A stretch of 63,411 nt of DNA, counting the filler, from Ministeria vibrans ATCC 50519 (taxonomy: Eukaryota; Protista; Filasterea): NCBI GenBank assembly GCA_943704425.1. It is 9 parts of 9 records of this genome, joined end to end, with 100 filler letters (N's around TTAATTAATTAA, not from the genome) between each part and the next. Parts side by side here need not be neighbours in the genome. Positions count along the whole stretch, not along the records: positions 19,614 to 29,874 come from CALSCP010000801.1; positions 29,975 to 45,364 come from CALSCP010002336.1; 7 more parts are not named here. One strand, given 5' to 3'. Positions 28,921-39,893 of this stretch are shown piece after piece. The notes under the pieces are model-generated. The model did not search any database. It had not been told where the DNA came from and worked only from the letters and a program-made list of their open reading frames with translations. Every line of letters starts with the position of its first letter. Within the stretch, counting starts at the first letter, position 1. The position numbers and the translations under genes are program-made.

Positions 28921-29851
28921 TCGGTTCGTCTCTCTCTCTCTCTCTCTCCCTCTGTGTTACTTTGTTCATTCGTCTCGGCTGTGTGTTCCCGTAGGATGTC
29001 CCTCTGCTATGCAAAAGCTCACTTACAAAGGTATGACTGGCGGGAGAGGGGAGGGTTAGACTTTCCACGACGCATGCTTGTGTGCTAAGCGTGTCTTTGT
29101 GCCAGGCCTGCTCAAAGACGACTCGAAATCGTTGGCGTCGGTCGGAATCTCGTCCGGAACCAAATTTATGGGCTTTGGCTCATCCGTCAACGACCTTATG
29201 AAGATCTCTGCAGCATCCGCCTCGGGCGCTCGGGCAAGTGCGTCGTCCAGTAGTGGCGGCGGTGCACTCGAGTCGGTGGCGAACGACAAGTGGTGTGAGA
29301 AGACGGTACAACAATGTCAATGCAGTGCAATGGTCGCACACACCACACTTACGATTGTGTGTTTGGGTGGCGTAGGAACACAAGAAGGTGCTGGACAAAG
29401 GCATTCCGGACGACGTGATGGCAGGGAAAGCATCCGGACAAGTGAGTGTTGTTGAACCCTCTCTTCCTGTCTCACCTCTCCCCCTCCCCTACTTTTTAGG
29501 AAGCTCTGCCGCTAACGCCCCTGACGGGCCTTGTCAATAGAGTCCATCAAAAGGTTCGTCTGAGTGTCAAATTAGAGACAGACGAGCTGTGTATCAGTAC
29601 CAAAGGTGAGAAACACTCCACCTTGCAATTGCTTGATTGACTGATTGTGCACACCCACACAATACTAAATAGACCGCACACAAAAGTTCCCACTTGGCCA
29701 AGTGCGCGCAATCACGTCCCAGCCCATCGAGTCACATGCGGGCTACGTGATTCTGGCCATCCAGGTGGGTCCCACCGAGGCGTCTCGCTACTTTGTCTAC
29801 TGGTTTCCCGCTCAGTATGTGTCGGCCTTTCGTCGTTCCGTCATGAACTGA
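28663..29851 (+). CDS. UBFD1: Ubiquitin domain-containing protein UBFD1; multi-exon
   Basis: Ubl domain FKVTFNK...TIGDLKTTLQDLTG-CPSAMQKLTYKGLLKDD; HKKVLDKGIPDDVM; KVRLSVKLE; QVGPTEASRYFVYWFPAQYV. Confidence 0.88.
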
Positions 29852-29974
29852 TTTCTTTTTGTGCATTAAACATCNNNNNNNNNNNNNNNNNNNNNNNNNN
29901 NNNNNNNNNNNNNNNNNNTTAATTAATTAANNNNNNNNNNNNNNNNNNNNNNNNNNNNNNNNNNNNNNNNNNNN

Positions 29975-30057
<83 letters not shown>

Positions 30058-30329
30058 CTTTGTTTCTTTCTCCCTCCTCTCTCAAACTCTCTCAAACTCT
30101 CTCAAACTCTCTCCTCCTTCCTTTTCAGCCGTCTGGAGTGGCCTTGTGTCGCTCGGCAGAGGAATGCAAAGCGTTGGTCGCAAACTCGACGAAATCACGC
30201 CTGACTGTTGTGACTGAGCCCACAATACAACATTATTCTTTTATTTTTTTTTCACCATTTTCGATGATACAAAAACAGTTTGGGTTGGCTGCGTCAACGT
30301 GTTCTTTTAATGGTATACAGTGAGTGCGT

Positions 30330-31754
30330 TTATCGTTTTGTGACAGGGCCCTTCTTGCGCCGCTTCGTCATTGTCTTGGTCTCGTCCTTTTGCGGTCTAG
30401 TGTCCTCCTGGCGCGGACGTTTCCCGTGTGGTTTGCGGGGCGCTTGAGTGCTCAGGGAAGGCTGAGGGTGCAATGGCATAGGCTGATGGCGTTCAAAGAG
30501 AGCGACAAAAAAGCCGTGAGTGGCGTCGTGTGCGGGGGACGCACGTAGGCACTGGGTGAGGCCACGGTGGCCACGGTGCGGCCAGGAGGGCAGGGCGTCG
30601 CACAGTCGCCAGTGCGGGTGTGCTGCCAGAACTGCCTCGACGACGAGTTCGTTTTCTTCGTCGTGCACCGAGCATGTGGAATAGGAGAGTCGCGTTGCGT
30701 TGGGGAAGCGCATTGCGTGCGTGATGATCTTGCGTTGAAAGCTGGCAAGGGCGCGCAGACGCGACGGGGGCACGTCACCATGGCCAATGCCCGAACCCGA
30801 ACACGACGGATCCGCAAGCACATACGCAACCTCTTTGTACTCGGCGTCGTTTGGGTTGACCGCAAGAAAGTCTCCGCAGGTGACGCGCACCACCCGATCG
30901 CTGCCGGTGCGCGACACTTGAGCCGAGAGAATCTTGGCACGCTCGGGGTCACGATCAAACGCAAACACACGACCACGCCCCGCCATGCGTGCAGCCAAAT
31001 GTGTCGTTTTGTTTCCAGGCGCTGCACACACGTCCATGGCAACCGAGCCGGGTGGAGGGGCGAGCACATGTGCCGGCAAGCATGAGGCCTTGTCCTGCTG
31101 CACAACTGCACCACTCTGATAGAGAGCACTCCCATGCAAATCGGTGCCTGTCGTAAACACGAGCAGGTCGTCGAGGAGTGTGTCTGCATAGAAACATCTC
31201 GGTGCCAAAGCGTGGGGGTCGTCGGGAGCGTCGCTGACAAAGGTGAACCCTTCTCTCTTGAATGCTTCGATGGCCAAAGGCACAGTCGTGCGCAAAGTGT
31301 TCACGCGCACGTAACGCGGCCGTCGCGCCTCATCAGACGCATCCACAGCGGACGAGTTCGCTGTAGACGCCCCATCCGACGCGCCGTTCGTCTTGGCGCG
31401 CGCCTCCCCTTCGCGCACGGCGGCGCGCAACGCCGCACGATGCGAGTTCAGCATTGCCTTGAGCCATCCGCCGCACTTGAGGCCTCGTTGGCTGTACGCC
31501 AGTTCGTACACACCCACGAGAACTGCATCGCCCTTCCACGACGACCCAGAGGCCAAGGCGGCTGCCTCACGAGCGTCAGGGACCGACTGAAGAGCCGCCA
31601 CGAGAATCTCACGACGTCGCTGCGTTTCCGCACACAACGCCAACAGCTGGCGCTGGTCCACGCCCGACTTGCTGCGATACACAAGTGTCTTGATGCTTCC
31701 TTCTCCTCGTCGATGAGATGCCAGAATGCGGCCGCACTCGTCGTAGGTAGACAT
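30330..31754 (-). CDS. NSUN5: 28S rRNA m5C methyltransferase NSUN5/Rcm1; intronless
   Basis: PRYVRVNTLR, QDKASCLPA, DVCAAPGNKTTHLA, DPSCSGSG, YSTCSVHDEENE, GFFVALFER. Confidence 0.92.
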   Translation of the reverse strand: MSTYDECGRILASHRRGEGSIKTLVYRSKSGVDQRQLLALCAETQRRREILVAALQSVPDAREAAALASGSSWKGDAVLVGVYELAYSQRGLKCGGWLKAMLNSHRAALRAAVREGEARAKTNGASDGASTANSSAVDASDEARRPRYVRVNTLRTTVPLAIEAFKREGFTFVSDAPDDPHALAPRCFYADTLLDDLLVFTTGTDLHGSALYQSGAVVQQDKASCLPAHVLAPPPGSVAMDVCAAPGNKTTHLAARMAGRGRVFAFDRDPERAKILSAQVSRTGSDRVVRVTCGDFLAVNPNDAEYKEVAYVLADPSCSGSGIGHGDVPPSRLRALASFQRKIITHAMRFPNATRLSYSTCSVHDEENELVVEAVLAAHPHWRLCDALPSWPHRGHRGLTQCLRASPAHDATHGFFVALFERHQPMPLHPQPSLSTQAPRKPHGKRPRQEDTRPQKDETKTMTKRRKKGPVTKR

Positions 31755-31962
31755 TTGATCAAAAGGGTGAAAATTATTAATAATAATAATTATTATTGTT
31801 ATTATTCATTACATAAAAAGATAATAATTTATTGTTATTATCTTATTATTTTCTATAATAGCTTTTCACTTCATTTATTCCTAATAATGAGAATAATATC
31901 AAAAACAAGGTATTGCTCTTCATTGTATTGTATTTTTATCTCCATTTTGATAATATTTTATT

Positions 31963-32374
31963 CTATCGTTTAATCCAACGCACTTTGGTCAACAATACCA
32001 CCTTGAGCACTTCAAAGGCAGCGAGAAACAACAGCACAGCAAAGAGGTCGGGGTACCAAATGTTGGAGACGGACCAGCTAAAGGTGGCCAGCACCTCATC
32101 GCCCGAGACGGACGCAGTCGCATTCCCTCCGGCTGGAGCCACAAACAACAGACCCGACAGCTCATTGGCAGCAAGCGCCTCAATAAGGTAATGAAAGGGA
32201 TTAATCCAGTAGAGCCAGGACCACCACGCTGGCATCAGCGTCTTGGGAATGAGGAAGCCCATAGTTAGTGTAAAGATTACAATGGAAAGGGACGCAAGAC
32301 CTAAGAAGAGTTGATACGCTCATCATCATCATCATCGCCTGTCTTTCTCTCTCTATCACTTTGTTTCTTTCTCC

Positions 32375-32441
<67 letters not shown>

Positions 32442-35400
32442 CTTTGTTCTTTTTCTCTCTCTCAATAACTTTGTTTCTTTGTCCTCTCTCTCTATCACTT
32501 TGTTTCTTTCTCCTCTCTCTCTATCACTTTGTTTCTTTCTCCCTCCTCTCTCTCTCGCATACCATTGGCTCCTTCGGTGTTGGGCGAGAGGAGGGCAAAG
32601 AGCTGCCCAAGGGAGGGCAAGAGCCAATAGATGAGGACGGAAACAAAGAAGAAGAGGCCGGCGGAGGAGGCGCGCAGACCAGCCATAAAGTAGAAGAGGA
32701 CAAAAAAGAGGGTGGCACAGAGCACATTGAAAGGCAGCTCGGCCAGCGATAGACCCACGCCGTAGCTCCAGGGGCGGTAGGTGCCGCTCATAGACTCGCG
32801 GTAGAAGACGGCACGGTCGTCCATCAGAGGCACAACGGCCGCCACAAGAGGCACCGTTGCAATGTTAATGCCAAAGAACACAGCCCCAATGCGGTTAAAA
32901 GCCCCCGCGGCAGTCAGCGGCATCTGAAAAAACACAATACCACTGGCAAGGGAGGCCACAAGCGTGAAGAGCACGCGAGCCGTCGAGTAGCTGGGCATGC
33001 GGTAGATGGCAAGTAGGTGTCGCCGGAAGCACAGTGACGCCGCCACCCAGCCCCCAATGCGCTCTCGTGCCTGGGGCGCCCCTTTTCCATGTGCCAACTG
33101 CTCTTCAATCTCCGCTCGAATGCCTTGCGCCACCTCTGAACCTGCATACAAACTCGCCAGCGCCTCACTGTGGCCCCCACAAAACACATCCATTGCCACA
33201 TCCGCCGGATTCCGCTCGCTCGCTGCCCTCACCTCCTCCTCACTCATTGCATGCCCAATCTTCAACAAAGCATCGCGCACATAACCCAGCAAAAGTTGAC
33301 TGTCCTCCCCAATCGGCCCATGGTACACAACAACGCCACCCCGACGCAACATCAGACAGCGGTCAAACGCCTCGAAAATAGCCCGCGACGGCTGGTGGAT
33401 CGTGCAAAGAACAGTCACCTGTTGCTCACGCGCCGCGCGTTGCACCACATCCATCACTCCCGCTGCACTACGCGTGTCCAGTCCACTTGTAGGCTCTACG
33501 CAACAACATTGATCAACAAAAAAATACTTCTCACCGTAGACACACAAAAAAAAAATACCATCCAAGAAAAGCACACTTGGAGCGGCGACCAGCTCGACGG
33601 CAATAGTCAGTCGCTTGCGCACACTCTTGGGCAGCCCCTGGCCCAAGTGTTCCTGTCCAACAATCACCGACGCCCACTCCCTCAGGTCCAGCACGGCCAG
33701 CGTGCGCTCCACCTGCGCAAAGAGCACTGCATCGTCAACAGTCGCTGCCAAACGACAGCTCGCTGCAAATACTAACGACTCGCGCACAGTCAGCAGTGCA
33801 TTGTGCACGTCCGTTTGCTCGCAGTAACCGCTCACGCCCCGCCAAGCCATTAGGTCGTGTGCGTGTCGCTCAGCCCCATTGCTTCGCACGACCCCTGACA
33901 AATGCCCTCCTTCTTTGTACCCTGCAATCGCATCCAACAGCGTCGACTTGCCCGCTCCTGACTCCCCCATCAGCGCAGTCAATGTTCCCGGAGCAAATGA
34001 CTATAAAAACCCGAAAAATTAACATTCATTAATATTATTATTCTCATTCGTTTCGAATACAATCATTATCATTATGCTTGATAATAATAATAATTATAAT
34101 TAATATAATAGCTTACTGCAGTGACACCAGAGAGAAGACGGAGTCGACCGGGCGCAACGGGAGGCAACGTGCGCGTCTCGGACTGCTCACGTGTCTCCTG
34201 CGCAGTTACAGCAATGCCGCTGGCACGACATGCCAGACGCCGCAAGGGTCCCTGCGCCGCCTGCCCGTACGTCGCCTGCGTCGCCCCGCCACTGCTCTCA
34301 TCTTCAGCGTGACGTGGTGTTTCCACCACTGTGTCTGCGGGCGCAGACGCGTCAACATGTGCGGGCGACGAGGGCGTCTTGACTTCAACTTCGTAGACCA
34401 TTTCCTGCACTGTGACGTGCACCGGCTGAATGCTGGGTAGAGTGAGAGGTTGGGTGCCTGCCGCAATGACCGATGGGAGTGTCTCGTCGACATACTCCTG
34501 AATGCCATAAGCACTGGTCGCCTGCGCCACGTCGCGTTTGGTCGAACTGGCGTACCAGCGACGCGAGCGGGTCATGAGCCAGACCGCTAACAGCTCAAAG
34601 ACAACAATAAAGACAAGCAGCATGCCAATATCAAACCAGATCACTTTGTTGACCGAGTCCAGAAACGCCGGTGCTTCCTCATACATAATTCGAGGCTGAC
34701 CCAGCAGATCGCGCGCAACCACAGACGCCTGGATGGGTACACCGCCACTGGTCGGAACAATGGTGCGCCCGCGGAATTCGTTGAGCACCAGTACCTCGTA
34801 CACATAGGCAACGGGGTTGAGCCACGAAAGCCAGCGCAGCACCCAGGGTGTGGCACTGTACTGCGGCGAGAAGCCGGCCACGAGCGCCATAACAAAGGCA
34901 AGTGCCGACCCCACAATGTTCACGGAAGCTTCGTTGGGCAGCGAAAAGGCCAGGGAGCGTGCCAAGGCAGTGCCCACAAGTCCACCGAGAATGACGGTCA
35001 GAATGAAGATGACAAAGGCGGAGAAGGAGGTAGTGAGACCCACAATGAAATATGATGTGAGACACATGAGAAGGTTCTCGACAACGGAGAGAGGCAGGTG
35101 TGCAAGAAGGAGGGTCGTGAAGTAGGCAGTAGTCGAGTACCAGTGCTGTTCGCGATGCGAGTAGAAGATGCGCTTCTGCTGCAGGAAATCAGGGGCAGGG
35201 ACCAGCATGGAGTTCATGCTGACAAGGAAAAGCAATGTGAAGAGAAACCCCGCTATGGAGACAGAAGCAGAGACTTCGTTTGGCAACTGAAAGAAGAGCG
35301 TGCCCATGAAGAGCCCCACGACAATCGCCTGGGCGATGCGCATGATCGACGAGGGATTGCGCCGGATAAGTCGCATCTGCTGTGCCAACAAAATGGCCAC

Positions 35401-36966
35401 TTGTTCACGAAAGCAACGCGCAAAGCGTGCGGGTCGAGGCACCGTCGTCTTCGTCGTTGTCGTCGTCGTCGTCTGCAGCGCTACGCTTGCCGATGTGTGG
35501 TCTGAGGTACGCTGGCGCAGTGTCGTGATGGTGTCGCGGTTGGTCTGGGCAATAGATGAGGCGGCAAAGCGACTGGCAAGAAGCGCATCGGCTGCACTGT
35601 GCGACAGCGTGCGCCAGTCTGTGTCATCGGCGTGCGAGAATTGCGCAGGACGATCGCCCACAAGCGAGAAAAAAGTGGGCAAGGGCATTTTCGGGTGCGG
35701 ACGCAAGCCAATGGAGGCAAAGTAGGCAAGCGCTGCCGATCGCTCGCCAAAGTACGCCAGACGACCCTCTTCCGTCAAAATGAGCATGGTGTTGAATTGG
35801 TCGAGAAGTTCGGGCGACGGCTGCAGCAGCGAGACCATGGTGGTGGCGCGGAAGAGCGCGTTGGCCGTGCGCAGGGCAGTGCCTAGTGAGAGGGCACTCG
35901 CTGCATCCTGTCAAATAAAAGACAAGAGGAATAAATAAATAATAATAAAAATAACAAAGCAATGAATAGACAACGCTAAAATTCGTGTGTAACGTACCAG
36001 GCCGTTGGTGGGCTCGTCGAGGTACAGAAAGACAGTGTCGGTCGAGAGGAGGCGTTCGCCAACGGTGACACGTCGCTTTTGACCGCCTGAGACACCCCGA
36101 AGGGTCGCATCACCCACGACCGTATCTGCAACGTGCGATAGTCCAAGGGCAGCCATGACAGTGGCAACAATTGCCTCTGCTGAGTGTTCCGTCAGGTTAT
36201 CCACAGAGTTGTTCAGACGAGCGGCAAAGAGGAACGTCTCCTATGAAAATAATTCGTATTATTATTATACCAGAGAATAAGAAAACAAAAGCCAATGCCA
36301 AAATCAAAACAAGGCACAACACAATAAGACAAACAATTAAAATAATAATCATAAAAATATAATAATAATAATAATTATTATTATTATCAATTATTGAAGA
36401 TAATACTCATAATAAGAGATAAGAGGTGTTTGTCACCTTGACGGTCAGGATGGGAATGAGGGCATCATCCTGTCGCGACAGCGCTGAGAGGCGTCGATGC
36501 AGCCCCATTGGGTCAAAGGGTTCATCGTCAACGTACACGTCGATCTTGTGCGTGCCGTCGTTGTTTGTGGGTGCTATTCCAGCAAGAATTCTGCCAAGCA
36601 ATGTTTTGACCGTTGAGCTAGCACTCAAAATTGAGCTGCACGCTCACAGCATTACCTCATCAACGTCGATTTTCCACTGCCAAGGACCACACAGCAGTCG
36701 CCAGGACGAAGATACCCTTCGATATGCTGAAGAACGGGCGCAGACGGCAACTTGGTCTGCACTTCCTTTTTAGGCCATTTCGAGGCGATCCAAGCGACCG
36801 GAGCCATCATGGTAGACAGGAAGGTGGACACAGGCACCCGTCTTACTGTGGTCCGGTTGTCGTCGACAGAGATGCGGAAAGAGAGCGAGTGTGGCTTGGG
36901 AAAGAGTTGTGGCGAGACGGCGCGCAACCGACGGATCTCGTCTTCGAGCGCCGCCACATCGGCCAT
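31963..36966 (-). CDS. Full-size ABCG/PDR-type transporter (NBD-TMD-NBD-TMD); multi-exon
   Basis: NBD1 RGVSGGQKRRVTVGE, LDEPTNGL; NBD2 TALMGESGAGKSTLLD, GYCEQTDVH, RKRLTIAVEL, EPTSGLD, CTIHQPS; two ABC2 membrane domains. Confidence 0.93.
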
Positions 36967-37343
36967 AATATATGAATACTGTTTTTACTGGGAAGAGTCA
37001 GTTAAGAACCGAATGAATAGTGTCTTAATGATTAATCGAAGAAGATATTAAAAAATTAATTATGTATTGTTGTTTTGAGTCAAATGAGTCACAAGAAGAC
37101 TAATAGTAATGTGTTTATCTCCTGGTAAACTTTTTACTTCATTTATTTCTAATGAATTTATTTATCATTATTAGTATTCATAATAATAATAATTATTATT
37201 GTAATAATTTTTATTATTATTAATGATTGTTGTTTTCCTTTTTGTTTATTCAAATAATTATTATCAATAATTAATATTTTACTGTCAACTTCTGTCAACT
37301 CTGTTAAGCACTTTCTCTCTCTCTTTTTCTTTCCAAACACTTC

Positions 37344-38464
37344 TCATTCACTCGTCTGCGATACTATAAGAACATGGGTCCCTGGAAACAGGCCCCCTCG
37401 TCCGCCAGATCGACCCTGCAAAAACAACAAAATAATTAAAGAAATAATTAATATTATTATTATTATTATTATTATTATATTAATTTAGTAATATCTGCTA
37501 TGAACATGTTGGACAAAAATATGTTTCGCTTCACCTTCCACCACGCCGTTCCAGGATCCTGTGCCAGCACTGTTACTTGAGCACCTCGCTTCAATGAGAT
37601 TTCGTCGTCGTAACGAGACTCAAAATCGTACAGTGCCACAGCAAGACGCCCTGGTGACGGTGTGCATTTCTCCGCGCACAGACAGCCAGCGGGACAACCT
37701 TGTGAACCAAACGCATACGATGCAACATCGTCGTCGGACAGTGCCAGTCCCTCTGACGTCGAGGTGGAAGCGTCGGGCGTGGGACGCTCGCTAGTGGATA
37801 CCGGACGACTTTCTTTGAGGTCAGTGACCAGGTGATCATCTTCGTCGAAGTCAATCACACTCATGTCGTCAAAATCATCATCGTCACTCAGGTCCTCGTC
37901 GACGAATGAGCCCATTGACAAGTGTGAATTGCTGGTCTCCTCGACATGGTGAGATCTTTGGCTGTCATGATCAACAAACACCAAAGTCCTGGGTGCCAGA
38001 CGAGCTTTGACAGGCGTCTCACGCTGACCCTTGTCGGCACGATTGGGATGCAGCAGGGCGCGGGTCGACACAGTGCTCTCAGCGCTTGAAGGACTGTTGT
38101 TGAACAAAACAAAGCCTGGTGGTGGTGTCCATGCGTCCGGGGAGGGACGATTTGGGCTTGCAATGGACAGGCTCTTCTTGGGTGTGACGTTTTCGGGTGG
38201 TGACGAAAGAGTGAATGCCTTGCGGGGAACCGACTCGGAGACGGTGTCATGACTAGGAGACTCCCGGGTCAGCCGTTTAGAAAACGTCTCTGGAGTTGTC
38301 GAAGCGCCTGTTGTCGTCGTGCACGTGGTTGCTGTTGTTGTTGTTTGTGGCGCCACCTTGGTCTTTTGGTCCGCTTTGCTTACCGATACGGCATTGTAAA
38401 TGCGTGGCTTCAATTCCTTGTACTTGGAAAAGTCGTACACTTTTTCAGGCACCTGCGACCTACC

Positions 38465-38496
<32 letters not shown>

Positions 38497-39608
38497 GACT
38501 TGGAGGAGGAGCACTGGGAGGTCGAGGAACAGCGGTGCGTACAACCTGCCCCGAGTCAGAGACATTCACCGCAAATGGCTGCGCGTAAATATTACGGGTC
38601 ATGCCTGCTGGAGCCGCTCGGGTCTTGTCTTGCGCCCCTGTAAGTTTTTCCCGTTTGTGGCATGCCCAGGCGGCCGCAACCTTCTTTTTAAAGCGCTCGC
38701 GGATGCAGCGGATGTTGCACAAGACAATGACGATGATCAGACAGGACGCGACGACAAGACCAAAGATAATCAGGTTAACTTTCGTGGACGCGCCTCCGTC
38801 CGAGCTGTCCTCTTGCGGCAGTATCTCCTCCACATTGCACCATTCAAAGAGGAGAGGCAACAGAGTGTTCTGCTGTGGATTGGAGATCCATCCGGGATGG
38901 CACTCGCACGATCCCGCTCCCGTCTTGTTTCCGTGGTTGCATTCGATGAGCGTATTCGTCGCTGCAATAGTCTCGTTTGACAGCAAATCTATCCGTCCCA
39001 GGTTCTGGTCTAGAGTGCCCGCTAAAATGGTGGAAAATAACAAAAATAGGTATTATATTTTTGCAGAGCTTTTTTTTCTTTTGTTTTTTCCTCTTTGTGT
39101 TTCTACTTTCTGCCTGTGCCGTCGGGATGACGGTCCGCAAGCAGCGGTTGTTGATGCTGTCGTAGTAATTGAGGGTGCCGTCGGCGGCGCGGTCGAGGGG
39201 ACAGGCAGCAACGGGCTCGCACTCGCACGACGAGCTGTTGAAGAAGTTTCGCGACCCGACATATGTCAGCACACAGCTCACGCGCACACACTGCCCGAGG
39301 GACGCGTCCCACTCTCGGTCGCCCGTACAGCAGTCGGCGCGCGCACAAGACAGATCGCATGTTGAAGAAGAACCTAAATTTTCAAGTTCAAGGTGTTTTT
39401 TTTTGTTTTTTTTTTTATGATCTTCTTCTAATAATTATTCTTCTAATAATTATTACTGCTTTTGAGGCAGAATTAATTACGAATGGACAGGGGTAATATG
39501 TAGCTCTCGATAAAGGTTCATACCGGCTCGCGCGGTTCTGTGCGAGTGGACACTAAGCGAGGGCAACACAAAAGCAAAGAGCAGAGCAAGCTGTACAAGA
39601 TGCCGCAT
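37344..39608 (-). CDS. Single-pass membrane protein: signal peptide, Cys-rich/EGF-like ectodomain, TM, low-complexity tail and C-terminal SH3
   Basis: MRHLVQLALLFAFVLPSLS; CNHGNKTGAGSCECHPGW; TM LIIFGLVVASCLIIVIVL; SH3 AVALYDFESRYDDEISLKRG...WWK-GRSGGRGGLFPGTHV. Confidence 0.75.
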
Positions 39609-39893
39609 GGGATTGTGCCGGTTGGAGGGGACGTCTTTCTCTTGGGACTAGGCTGGAGAGATATGAATATCAAATTAATGAAGAAGGACGGGAGTGAAAA
39701 ATTTACTGATCAATTTTAAACAAGCTGATCAATTATAATTCTGAGTATTTGAGTACAGCTCTCGATTCTCTATTTCTTCTATTTATTTTCCTACTGATCA
39801 AAAAAGAAGACGCAATACAATGAAGAGTAATAAAGCGTATTAAGTATTTGAAATTAATTGTACAATAATATTAAAAAATTATTATTATATTTT

